From the NCBI GenBank assembly GCA_050253415.1, contig JBFWJC010000001.1:352001-416000 (forward strand): a stretch of DNA of 64,000 nucleotides. Reading direction: 5' to 3'. The position numbers and the translations under genes were made by a program. Within the stretch, counting starts at the first letter, position 1; the number at the start of each line of letters is the position of its first letter. Below the pieces are notes generated by a model that made no database searches, was not told where the DNA came from, and worked only from the letters and a program-made list of their open reading frames with translations. Of the stretch, positions 53,269 to 64,000 are shown piece after piece. Origin of the DNA: Pedobacter sp. (lineage in GTDB: Bacteria > Desulfobacterota > Desulfuromonadia > Desulfuromonadales > Syntrophotaleaceae).

Positions 53269-53292
53269 GGATATATTGCTGGGTACATAACG
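53269..53292. promoter_or_regulatory. ModE-type operator upstream of the TonB receptor cluster
   Basis: GGATATATTGCTGGGTACATAACG contains TATAT-N7-TACAT followed by AACG. Confidence 0.62.
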
Positions 53293-53699
53293 CAAGGCGT
53301 CTCAAATTGCGGATGTGCCGCATTGCCATAGATTCATGGGGGAGAATCGAAGTATTTATGAAGTTGGGTGGATATGGAAGGCAGGAAAGAGCCGCAAGAC
53401 TTGCGACCGCCTCTAGGAGGAAAGACGGTGCAAGACTCTCGCAAAATTTTTCCCAGCTTTCGCTGTATAGCAAACGGAATAACGCCATGCAAGTAAAAAA
53501 GCATTTTAAGTTTAATTATTTAATGTATACCTTGACGAATTCCCAATTCGGCATTCCCATGGCGGGACGGACAGGGGGCTCCGGATCATGCAAGGGTCCT
53601 ATGCCCACCGATAGATCATAAAACGCCAGGATGTTGCAGCATCCTGTGTGTTGCCTGCTACAATCGTAGAAAATGCAGCGCGAGACGAAAGGATGTCCC

Positions 53700-54056
53700 A
53701 TGACCCAAAAAGGTTACCTGTGGATGACGACATTGTTGGTGGTGACGGTGCTGCTTGCCGCCTGTGCGGGCAGGATGGCGGCGCGGTCGCTTCTGGATGA
53801 GGACTATGCCGTCATGAGCGATGAAGAATTATTGGTGTATTACGACCAGGTAAGTGAAGCGATCGCAAAGGAAGAAGGCGGAGGGGGTGGTTTCGGTCTG
53901 GGGTTGGGGCTCGGGGTTGGCAGCGGTTCGTTTTCGGTGGGTGCCAGCCAGGGGATGTATGTGGATGATCCGACCGAGCAGTTGCGAGTCCGACGCAATC
54001 AGGTGCGTCTTGAGTTGGCCAGACGAGGTCTGCAACCCCAAGGCACGCCGCAGTAA
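53700..54056 (+). CDS. Small lipoprotein with Gly-rich segment
   Basis: Lipobox LLAAC and GGGGGFGLGLGLGVGSG; AAAGGA RBS. Confidence 0.75.
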   Translation: MTQKGYLWMTTLLVVTVLLAACAGRMAARSLLDEDYAVMSDEELLVYYDQVSEAIAKEEGGGGGFGLGLGLGVGSGSFSVGASQGMYVDDPTEQLRVRRNQVRLELARRGLQPQGTPQ

Positions 54057-54065
54057 CTTTTCCCT

Positions 54066-56135
54066 TCAGGTCAGGCCATAAAGAGTCTGCACCTCACTGG
54101 GTGCTTGATCGTAATGGGAGAATTCCATGACAAAGGTGCCGCGCCCTTTGGTGGCACTACGGAGTTCGCCCATGTAGTCGAACAGTTCGGAAAGGGGTAC
54201 GTATGCCTGGATGAGTTCCGTCTCGATGCGGGATTCCAGGCCGTCGATACGACCTCGTTTCTGCTGTAAGGAGCCGATTACCTGGCCGGCAGACTCCACC
54301 GGCACGGTCAACTCGAGTGCCATGACCGGTTCCAGCAACGTCACCCCGGCTTGGGCGGCGACCATGCTCAGACCGCGTTGAGCTGCCGCGCGGAGTCCTA
54401 TCTCGGTGGTTACGCCGGGTTCAAACGGCGCTTCCAGCACGGTGATTTCTGCATCGGTGAGCGGGTAGCCGGTGCGCATGCCTGCCGCGCATGCCTGCCG
54501 CAGGCACTTTTCAAGTTCCTCCCGTAGAGGCGGCAACAGCTGTCCTTCCCCCTCCGGCAAGGTCACTCTCAAACCTTGGCCACGGTCCAGCGGTGCAATT
54601 TCCAGAGTTACATCGCCGCTCTGGACCCTACCCTCCGTTTCTCGGTGGAATTTTTCCTGATGTCTAGCCTTGCCTTGCACCGTCTCACGATAGACAACCT
54701 GTGGCCGACCGGTGCGAACCTCGACGCCGAATTCCCGGTGCAGGCGTTCGGTAATAATCTCGAGATGCAGCTGGCCCATACCGGTCAGGATGGTTTGCCC
54801 CGTATCGGGGTCCTCCCTCATGCGGAAGGTCGGGTCTTCCCACAGCAGTTTTTCCAGAGCGGCCGGTAGTTTGTCGCGATCCTCGATATGTCGCGGCTCA
54901 ACGGCTAGGGAGACAACCGGTTCCGGCACGCGCAGTCCTTCCAGGCGCAGAGGCTGTCCGGAATGGCACAAGGTATCGCCGGTCAGGGCGTGCTTGAGCC
55001 CGACAGCGGCCACGATGTCGCCGGCCTGCACTTCATCCACGCGTTCACGCTTGTGGGCATGCATGCGAAACAGCCTGGCCGGTTTTTCGGGTACACCCCG
55101 CGTACTGTTGAACAGTTCGTCCCCGGCGTGCACGGTGCCGGAATAGACCCGCAGATAGGTGAGCCTACGTCCTTCGTCCGACAATACCTTGAAGGCCAGC
55201 GCGCAAAGCGGTCCCTTAGGATCACAGGTCAGCAACAGCTGTGGGTTATCCCCATGATTGAGGGGGATAGCCTTAATGGGCGGCGTCTCAAGGGGGGAAG
55301 GTAGAAAATCGATGACGGCATCGAGGATGGGTTGGATGCCCTTGTTGCGCAGAGCCGAGCCCAAAAAGACAGGAAACAGGCGGCATTCAAGCACGCCACG
55401 GCGCAGCGCCGCTTTGATCCGTTCGGTGGTGACCGGTGTACTTTCGAGAAAGTCGGTCAGGATGGTATCGTCAAAATCGGCGGCGGCCTCCACGATTTGC
55501 TCGCGCGCTGCAGCCACCTCTGAACGCAAGGCCTCGGGAACCTCGGAGATCTGCACGGTGGCACCGAGATCGTCCTCGGCAAAGGTCAGCAGGCGACCTT
55601 CGAGAATATCGACGACGCCGGCGAAAGTCCCTTCGATCCCGAGAGGCAGCTGCATCAGCACCGGACGGGCGGTAAAGCGACGCTGCATCTGCTCGAGTAC
55701 CCGGCGAAAATCGGAACCGATGCGATCCATCTTGTTGATCAGGCAGATGCGCGGTACCGCATAGCGGTCAGCTTGGCGCCAGACCGATTCGGTCTGGGCC
55801 TGCACCCCTTCCACGGCGCTGAAAATCACCAGCGCACCGTCCAGTACCCGCAGGGAGCGCTCGACCTCGATAGTGAAATCAATATGGCCGGGGGTATCGA
55901 TGAGATTGATGCGTACATCGCGCCAGTGACAACAGGTCGTGGTGGCGGTAATGGTGATACCGCGCTCCTGTTCCTGCTCCATCCAGTCCATAATGGCGTT
56001 GCCATCATGGACTTCCCCCAGACGGTGGCTCTCGCCGGTATAGAACAATACCCGTTCCGAAACGGTGGTTTTCCCGGCGTCGATGTGGGAGATGATTCCG
56101 ATGTTGCGCAGTTTGTTGAGGTCAAGGCGGGTCAT
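54066..56135 (-). CDS. fusA: Elongation factor G paralog outside the str operon
   Basis: [32 protein letters not shown] and LRSATKGRG. Confidence 0.92.
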   Translation of the reverse strand: MTRLDLNKLRNIGIISHIDAGKTTVSERVLFYTGESHRLGEVHDGNAIMDWMEQEQERGITITATTTCCHWRDVRINLIDTPGHIDFTIEVERSLRVLDGALVIFSAVEGVQAQTESVWRQADRYAVPRICLINKMDRIGSDFRRVLEQMQRRFTARPVLMQLPLGIEGTFAGVVDILEGRLLTFAEDDLGATVQISEVPEALRSEVAAAREQIVEAAADFDDTILTDFLESTPVTTERIKAALRRGVLECRLFPVFLGSALRNKGIQPILDAVIDFLPSPLETPPIKAIPLNHGDNPQLLLTCDPKGPLCALAFKVLSDEGRRLTYLRVYSGTVHAGDELFNSTRGVPEKPARLFRMHAHKRERVDEVQAGDIVAAVGLKHALTGDTLCHSGQPLRLEGLRVPEPVVSLAVEPRHIEDRDKLPAALEKLLWEDPTFRMREDPDTGQTILTGMGQLHLEIITERLHREFGVEVRTGRPQVVYRETVQGKARHQEKFHRETEGRVQSGDVTLEIAPLDRGQGLRVTLPEGEGQLLPPLREELEKCLRQACAAGMRTGYPLTDAEITVLEAPFEPGVTTEIGLRAAAQRGLSMVAAQAGVTLLEPVMALELTVPVESAGQVIGSLQQKRGRIDGLESRIETELIQAYVPLSELFDYMGELRSATKGRGTFVMEFSHYDQAPSEVQTLYGLT

Positions 56136-56163
56136 GACGCCTCACGCTTATGCGGGATTGGCT

Positions 56164-57984
56164 TCAGTCTTGCCGGACCTGGGAAAGAAGTTCCATGTCC
56201 AGCCCGTTATATTCGAAATACTCGCGTTCGAGCTCTTCCACGTAAAAACGGTCCAGTCCGCTGTTTTTGAGGAAGTCGTCGCGTAACGCATCATCTCGAC
56301 CGGCAATAATGCGCGGCAGTAGATTGTGCAGATACAACTCCTCCATCTGGACATGATGCACCACGCGGCGGAAAAGCTTGTGCAGCAATTCTTCATCGAT
56401 GGTTCCGTTAAGACCTGTTTCGCGTACCACTTCTGCCTGCAGTTGTTCCCGTTCCTGGGCAGTGCTGTACCGGGAATAAAAATTGCGAATCCGTTCCTTG
56501 GTGTGGCTCAGCAAGGTGTTGAACAGTTCTTCCTGCTTGCAGATGTCGTTGAGGAGCCGTTGCATCCCTTGCAGGGTCAGTCTGCCTTCCTCTATGGCCG
56601 CCAGTCCCTTACGCAGGGCCAGCAGCTTACGGCGGCCGAATTGCCCAAGATAGTGGTTTTCCAGAATTCCGCTGAAGAAGAGTTCATCGAACAATTCGCC
56701 GCCCAGCACGTCGAATTCTTTTTTGTTATTCAGCAGGCTGCGCACCAGCTCTTCGGTAAATCGTATCTTGTCCATGAAGGCAAGCTGGTTAATATGCTCC
56801 GAGGTACTGTCGAATCGGTCGAAGTAGGTGATGATCCACGAGAAATTTTCTACCAGAAAGACATCGGCGCCATCGCGCATCTTTTCGTCGCAGGCCTTGG
56901 CCGCCTCAAGTAACATCTGTTCAAAAGCGTAGTCGCGGCCTTCCACTGCACGTCGCTTGGCTTTAAGTAATTGTACCAGGTCTTCGCGGTCGATGCGGGC
57001 ATCGATCTGCCGCTCATGTAAAAATATCCCCTCGAGAATCTGGCGCGTTTCCGACAGGTAATCCTGTTCGTCGGCGCTGGTCAACAATTCCGGCTTGAGT
57101 ACTTCGTCCATGGCATAAAACAAAGCCGAAGGGATTTTGCTGCGCACCGACAGGGTCTTGAGGCGGGTTAAACGGGCATTTTCAGCTGTCCCGATACGTC
57201 CTTTGAGCTTGCACTCGACCAGGATGTTTTTGTACTCGTCAACGATGCGTCGATTGGCCGCATGCTTGTACATAACGTCGATGCGGATGCGTTCTTGCTG
57301 GTAACTGTCAATGCCGAGGGTATCAGCCAGTTTTACAAGCTTGGTAAATTCCGGGTCGGGGATGTTCTGGTAGGCGTGATAAAGTTCCCGAAAAGCATCG
57401 TGATAACGTCTGTGCTTGGTGTTGATAAGCTTGATCAGATACAGGGCGCTGCGATGCCCGAGAAGCGGAAGTAGTTCTTCGATCAACTGGGCATCGTCCC
57501 CTTCGCCGATGAAGGGAAAGCGTTTCAGATCCTTGCCCGCCAGGCGCAGAATCTCTGCCTGCTGTTCCTGCAAAAGACCCGATACCGAGCCGAAGATGAA
57601 AAAGTAGTAGTTGTGAACGGCATTGCCTTCCAGAAAAACACGGTCGTATTCCTCGTAGCCGTCGGTGCGGCTGGAAAACATCAGTGCGCCGTCCTCGCGG
57701 CTGCTGGTGCCGAACATGACCAGTCGGTTACGCACTTCTTCCTTTATAAGATCGGCTAGCGGTTGCTCCACACCGAACATGTATTCGCAGAATGAGCCAC
57801 CGTTGCCGCGATGCGTCAGGCCTTCAGCATCGAGAATCAGCTCGTTCCCGGGGGAGAAAATACGCAGGGATTGTCCGGATGCTTCGTAGAAATAACTGCG
57901 ATAGGCCTCGGGCGAGGCAATGGTGACATAGTATTCGATACTGTCGTTGATCTGGCCGTGGAGGCGTACTTCCTGATGTTTCAT
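56164..57984 (-). CDS. Conserved ~600-aa hypothetical protein (TIGR04442-like, from recall)
   Basis: 606-aa ORF coupled to its neighbours; HRGNGGSFCEYMFGVEQP, YQQERIRIDVMY and SGLDRFYVEELEREY. Family call is from memory and unverified. Confidence 0.7.
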   Translation of the reverse strand: MKHQEVRLHGQINDSIEYYVTIASPEAYRSYFYEASGQSLRIFSPGNELILDAEGLTHRGNGGSFCEYMFGVEQPLADLIKEEVRNRLVMFGTSSREDGALMFSSRTDGYEEYDRVFLEGNAVHNYYFFIFGSVSGLLQEQQAEILRLAGKDLKRFPFIGEGDDAQLIEELLPLLGHRSALYLIKLINTKHRRYHDAFRELYHAYQNIPDPEFTKLVKLADTLGIDSYQQERIRIDVMYKHAANRRIVDEYKNILVECKLKGRIGTAENARLTRLKTLSVRSKIPSALFYAMDEVLKPELLTSADEQDYLSETRQILEGIFLHERQIDARIDREDLVQLLKAKRRAVEGRDYAFEQMLLEAAKACDEKMRDGADVFLVENFSWIITYFDRFDSTSEHINQLAFMDKIRFTEELVRSLLNNKKEFDVLGGELFDELFFSGILENHYLGQFGRRKLLALRKGLAAIEEGRLTLQGMQRLLNDICKQEELFNTLLSHTKERIRNFYSRYSTAQEREQLQAEVVRETGLNGTIDEELLHKLFRRVVHHVQMEELYLHNLLPRIIAGRDDALRDDFLKNSGLDRFYVEELEREYFEYNGLDMELLSQVRQD

Positions 57985-58859
57985 AGTCCGATCCGGTCGT
58001 TGGCTCCACGCTCTGACCGCGACGGTTGCTGCGGCTGGAGGCCGCTATCGACGGCATCCTCAACGAAGAGACTGAAACATTGGCCGTCGTAGGCCAGCTC
58101 GATACCAGGCGGTAATTCATGGTTGTCGCGTGAGTGGCTGACCTCGTGACAGAGGTGGGTTAATAAAGTGCGGCGGGCCCCGATCCTTTGCGCCATCTCG
58201 ATGGCTTCGGAAATACAGAAATGGCTGGGGTGGGAACGAAACCGCAACCCATCAAGGACCAGGATATCCAGGCCACGAAGACGGTCTTGCGAATGTTCCG
58301 GGATAGCATTGCAGTCGGTCAGATAGGCAAACGGGCCGATGCGGTAGCCGCTGGCTTCACCTGGTCCATGCTCGAGGAGGATCGGTTCGATGGGCAGCCC
58401 GAACAGGCTGAATGGGCCCCCGACCTGCCAGGGATCGAGCCGGGGGCGAAATCCCACGCTCGATTCGGAATTGAAAATATATTGGAAGTTCTGCTGAATT
58501 ATAGCCATGGTGGCAGGTGACCCGTAGATAGGTATCGAATCTTTGGTCACCATGTTGAAGGCTCTCAGGTCATCTATGCCATGCACATGATCGGCATGTG
58601 CGTGTGTATACAGTACCCCGTCCACGTGCCCCAAATGCTCCCGCAAGGCCTGTTGGTGCAGGTCGGTGCTGGTGTCGATCAGTATGTTGCGCTCACCCCA
58701 TGAAATCAAAGCGCTGCAACGTGTACGCCGATCACGCGGATCCGTCGATCGGCACACCTCGCATGTGCACCCCAGCATGGGAACGCCGGTGCTGGTGCCC
58801 GTGCCGAGAAGCACAATGTTTATGGGGTGTGAGGAACTCAAAGCAGACTCCGGTGCCAT
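57981..58859 (-). CDS. MBL-fold metallo-hydrolase (PhnP/YycJ-like)
   Basis: GTGTSTGVP, CTCEVC, THAHADHVHG, AYLTD, HPSH and LTH. Confidence 0.9.
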   Translation of the reverse strand: MAPESALSSSHPINIVLLGTGTSTGVPMLGCTCEVCRSTDPRDRRTRCSALISWGERNILIDTSTDLHQQALREHLGHVDGVLYTHAHADHVHGIDDLRAFNMVTKDSIPIYGSPATMAIIQQNFQYIFNSESSVGFRPRLDPWQVGGPFSLFGLPIEPILLEHGPGEASGYRIGPFAYLTDCNAIPEHSQDRLRGLDILVLDGLRFRSHPSHFCISEAIEMAQRIGARRTLLTHLCHEVSHSRDNHELPPGIELAYDGQCFSLFVEDAVDSGLQPQQPSRSERGANDRIGL

Positions 58860-59205
58860 TCAGTTATGTTGCCCGTTGCGGTTGAGAGATTTAATGCCTC
58901 GATATTTACATTAACGCAGCATTACGAACAGGCAAAATAGCATTTTTATTAAGGATGTGGCAATAACCTAGTATTCCGTGAAAAGCGTTCTGAAAAAAAT
59001 CTTGAGATTCCTTTTATAACTGTCAAAGTGTCGGCATGGGAAAACGGGGTGGCCTGCGCTGAGTCCTTGGCCGCGGGGCCGGTTTGTGACGGCAAGGCAT
59101 TGCATCCTGGGCCAAACGGCATTAGACTCAGTTCAATTCTTCCCCCCCACAACATCATTATGTTCTCCAGTGCAGCAGACCTGAAGCCTGTGAAAGGATA
59201 AAACT

Positions 59206-60702
59206 ATGCAAATCGTCGCTGTCAGCACCCCTGCTTTGACCCTGAAAACCAACTGCCTGGTGCTCGGCGTCTGGCAGGGTCAAACCGATACACCACTTCT
59301 GAATTCTCTCGATATTTCCCTGAACGGTGCTTTGCGTCAGTCCGTCGACAGCAAAGCGTTTGTCGGTAAGGAAAGTGAAACGCTTTTATTCCAAACCGGT
59401 ACCGCTTTGCCGGCGTCACGTATTCTTCTGGTTGGGCTCGGACCCTGGGCCGAAGCCGGTACCGGTACGCTGCGCAGCGGTGCCGCCGACGCCTGTCGTG
59501 TCCTGCAGCAACAGCGTGTGACCGATGCCGCCCTGGCCTTGTGCGAACCGCCACCGGGTAGCTGCAAGCCAAGCCAGGTTTTGCAGGCGCTGGCCGAAGG
59601 ATTACTGCTCTCAGCGTACCGATTCGATCGTTATCTCACGCAAAAACGCGATGAATTGCCCCTTCCGCTCGAAACCGTTCTCATATTGGTCGACCGGGAG
59701 TCAGAGGTCGATTCAGCTGTCGGTGCCATAGGCAAGGCGCAACAGATATGCCGGGGTGTGGCGTTGGCACGGGATCTGGTTAATGAGCCGGGCAATGTCA
59801 AATCCCCGGAATATCTGGCTGCCCAGGCGCAAGCACTGGCTGAAAAGCATTCTCTCGCCTGTACCGTGCTGGATCAGGAGCAGTTAGGCCGTGAAGGATT
59901 TGGAGCTCTGCTGGCTGTGGCTCAGGGCAGCGCACGACCACCACGACTTATTGTTCTCGAATATCGCGGAGGGGATCCGCAGGACAAGCCCCTGGTGCTG
60001 GTCGGTAAGGGGGTGGTGTTCGATTCCGGTGGGATCTCTCTGAAGCCGGGTGAAAAAATGGATGAAATGAAAATGGACATGGCTGGCGCGGCCGCCGTGT
60101 TTGGCGCCATGGATGCCGTTGCGGGGATGCGTTTGCCCGTTAATCTTGTTGTTATTGTGCCCGCTGTGGAAAATCTTCCGTCCGCCACCGCATATCGTCC
60201 TGGCGATATCATTTCGTCGTTGTCCGGTCAGACCATCGAGGTTCTGAATACCGATGCCGAAGGCCGTTTGATCCTGGCAGACGCCCTGACTTACGCCGGT
60301 CGCTTTGAACCGCGCGCCATCATCGACCTGGCCACCCTCACCGGAGCCTGTGTGATTGCTCTGGGTCACGAAGCATCGGCCGTATTCAGCAACCGCGATG
60401 AGCTTGCCCGGCAACTTGTTGCGGTCGGGGAAAGCAGCGGCGAGCGCCTGTGGCAATTGCCCCTGTGGGAAAGCTATGGCAAGCAGATTAAAAGCGATAT
60501 CGCCGATGTGAAAAATACCGGCGGCCGTCCCGCGGGTACGATTACGGCTGCGGCGTTTCTGCAAAAATTTGTTCCCGACTGCGCCTGGGCCCATATCGAC
60601 ATTGCCGGTACCGCCTGGGAGGAAAAAGGCACCGCCTGTTGTGCCAAGGGGGCTACGGGGGTTGGTGTGCGGTTGCTTGTCGATTTCATACAGCAGGCCT
60701 GA
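59206..60702 (+). CDS. pepA: Leucyl aminopeptidase (M17)
   Basis: GKGVVFDSGGISLKP, MKMDMAG, NTDAEGRL and DLATLTGA. Confidence 0.95.
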   Translation: MQIVAVSTPALTLKTNCLVLGVWQGQTDTPLLNSLDISLNGALRQSVDSKAFVGKESETLLFQTGTALPASRILLVGLGPWAEAGTGTLRSGAADACRVLQQQRVTDAALALCEPPPGSCKPSQVLQALAEGLLLSAYRFDRYLTQKRDELPLPLETVLILVDRESEVDSAVGAIGKAQQICRGVALARDLVNEPGNVKSPEYLAAQAQALAEKHSLACTVLDQEQLGREGFGALLAVAQGSARPPRLIVLEYRGGDPQDKPLVLVGKGVVFDSGGISLKPGEKMDEMKMDMAGAAAVFGAMDAVAGMRLPVNLVVIVPAVENLPSATAYRPGDIISSLSGQTIEVLNTDAEGRLILADALTYAGRFEPRAIIDLATLTGACVIALGHEASAVFSNRDELARQLVAVGESSGERLWQLPLWESYGKQIKSDIADVKNTGGRPAGTITAAAFLQKFVPDCAWAHIDIAGTAWEEKGTACCAKGATGVGVRLLVDFIQQA

Positions 60703-61001
60703 GCCCGGCAGGTGGCTGCTCTCTTTCTGGTCCGTGAAGCATGTCGTTAAAGGTTATCCGGCTCTGTTGCCGACACCCGCTGGTGAAAAAAAAGGTTTGT
60801 TAATCGAAAAAAATGTTCCTCTGCGGTTGCGACCCCGCATCCCTGTGATATTAGGTTTTGTTGATTATCCCCCTCTCTGGTGAGGCGGCATGGCCACCGA
60901 CCGGGACCACGGCGGGTTGTGCACAAGGAGGGGAATCAGCGAGAAAGTGGTCCGGATAACACAGGCCATCAGGGCCGGAACAGCGGAAGGAGCAAGCAGG
61001 T

Positions 61002-61208
61002 ATGATTCAGATTCAAGGTACGGTTAAGTGGTTCAACGATGCCAAAGGTTACGGTTTTATCACGCAGGATGATGGTCCTGATGTTTTCGTGCATTATTCC
61101 GCCATTCAGATCGAGGGGTATAAATCCCTTGCCGAAGGGGACCGGGTTCGCTTTGAGGTTACCGAAGGTAATAAAGGGCCGCAGGCGACCAATGTAGCTA
61201 AAGTTTGA
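61002..61208 (+). CDS. Cold-shock domain protein
   Basis: [24 protein letters not shown] and KGPQA. Confidence 0.95.
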   Translation: MIQIQGTVKWFNDAKGYGFITQDDGPDVFVHYSAIQIEGYKSLAEGDRVRFEVTEGNKGPQATNVAKV

Positions 61209-61231
61209 TCCTTCCGGGTTTAAATTATTCG

Positions 61232-61260
61232 GGCTCCGCAGTTTTTGCGGGGCCTTTTTT
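61232..61260 (+). terminator. Intrinsic terminator of the cold-shock gene
   Basis: ggctccgca-gtttt-tgcggggcc-tttttt. Confidence 0.8.
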
Positions 61261-61300
61261 ATTTGATAGGTAACAATTCACGTTTAAACTGCCCTTCATC

Positions 61301-61329
61301 TTGACATTCTGCGGGGGGATTGATAGTTT
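61301..61329 (+). promoter_or_regulatory. Sigma-70-type promoter of hisZ-purA
   Basis: TTGACA, 17-bp spacer, TAGTTT with an extended TG. Confidence 0.6.
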
Positions 61330-61404
61330 CACTGTTTGGTGATTTTTGAATCATCCAGACCTGTCGCCGGACCTGATGTCACCGGAAAGGAATGCACATT
61401 GCCC

Positions 61405-64000
<2,596 letters not shown>

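Noticed and set aside
53070..53670. Cobalamin riboswitch or Fur box expected upstream of a TonB receptor with corrin-methylase-like neighbours
   Set aside because: No B12-box or GGGAA/GCAACTG core and no convincing Fur palindrome was seen.

Overview
Chromosomal window from an anaerobic Desulfuromonadales-like bacterium (Pelobacter/Syntrophotalea-like; inferred from gene content). No prophage, transposase, CRISPR array, rRNA or tRNA was recognised. Most genes are housekeeping, signalling or transport: a PAS-GGDEF-EAL protein (5'-truncated), cstA, a D-Ala-D-Ala dipeptidase, an HtrA-like protease, AlkD, nfnAB plus gdhA plus a PEP-synthase-like protein, a multi-GAF sigma-54 activator, a TrkA-domain/CPA2 pair, rdgC, a hybrid kinase, queH, an ArsR operon, an archaeal-type SAM synthetase, tamAB, a ThDP enzyme, two GT4 paralogs, a stand-alone EF-G, a TIGR04442-like/MBL pair, pepA, a cold-shock gene, hisZ and purA (3'-truncated). 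The most striking locus is a six-gene minus-strand cluster at 44.5-53.1 kb. It encodes a TonB-dependent receptor, divergent CcsA-like and ResB-like heme-attachment proteins, two signal-peptide-bearing proteins that fuse molybdopterin-oxidoreductase-like domains to a tetrapyrrole methyltransferase domain (one with a CxxCH motif), and an APC permease. A ModE-type operator lies upstream. Also notable are an mntH-USP gene collapsed to about 270 bp and a family of nested palindromic elements built from 9-bp units. All family assignments come from motif recognition by eye; no searches were run.
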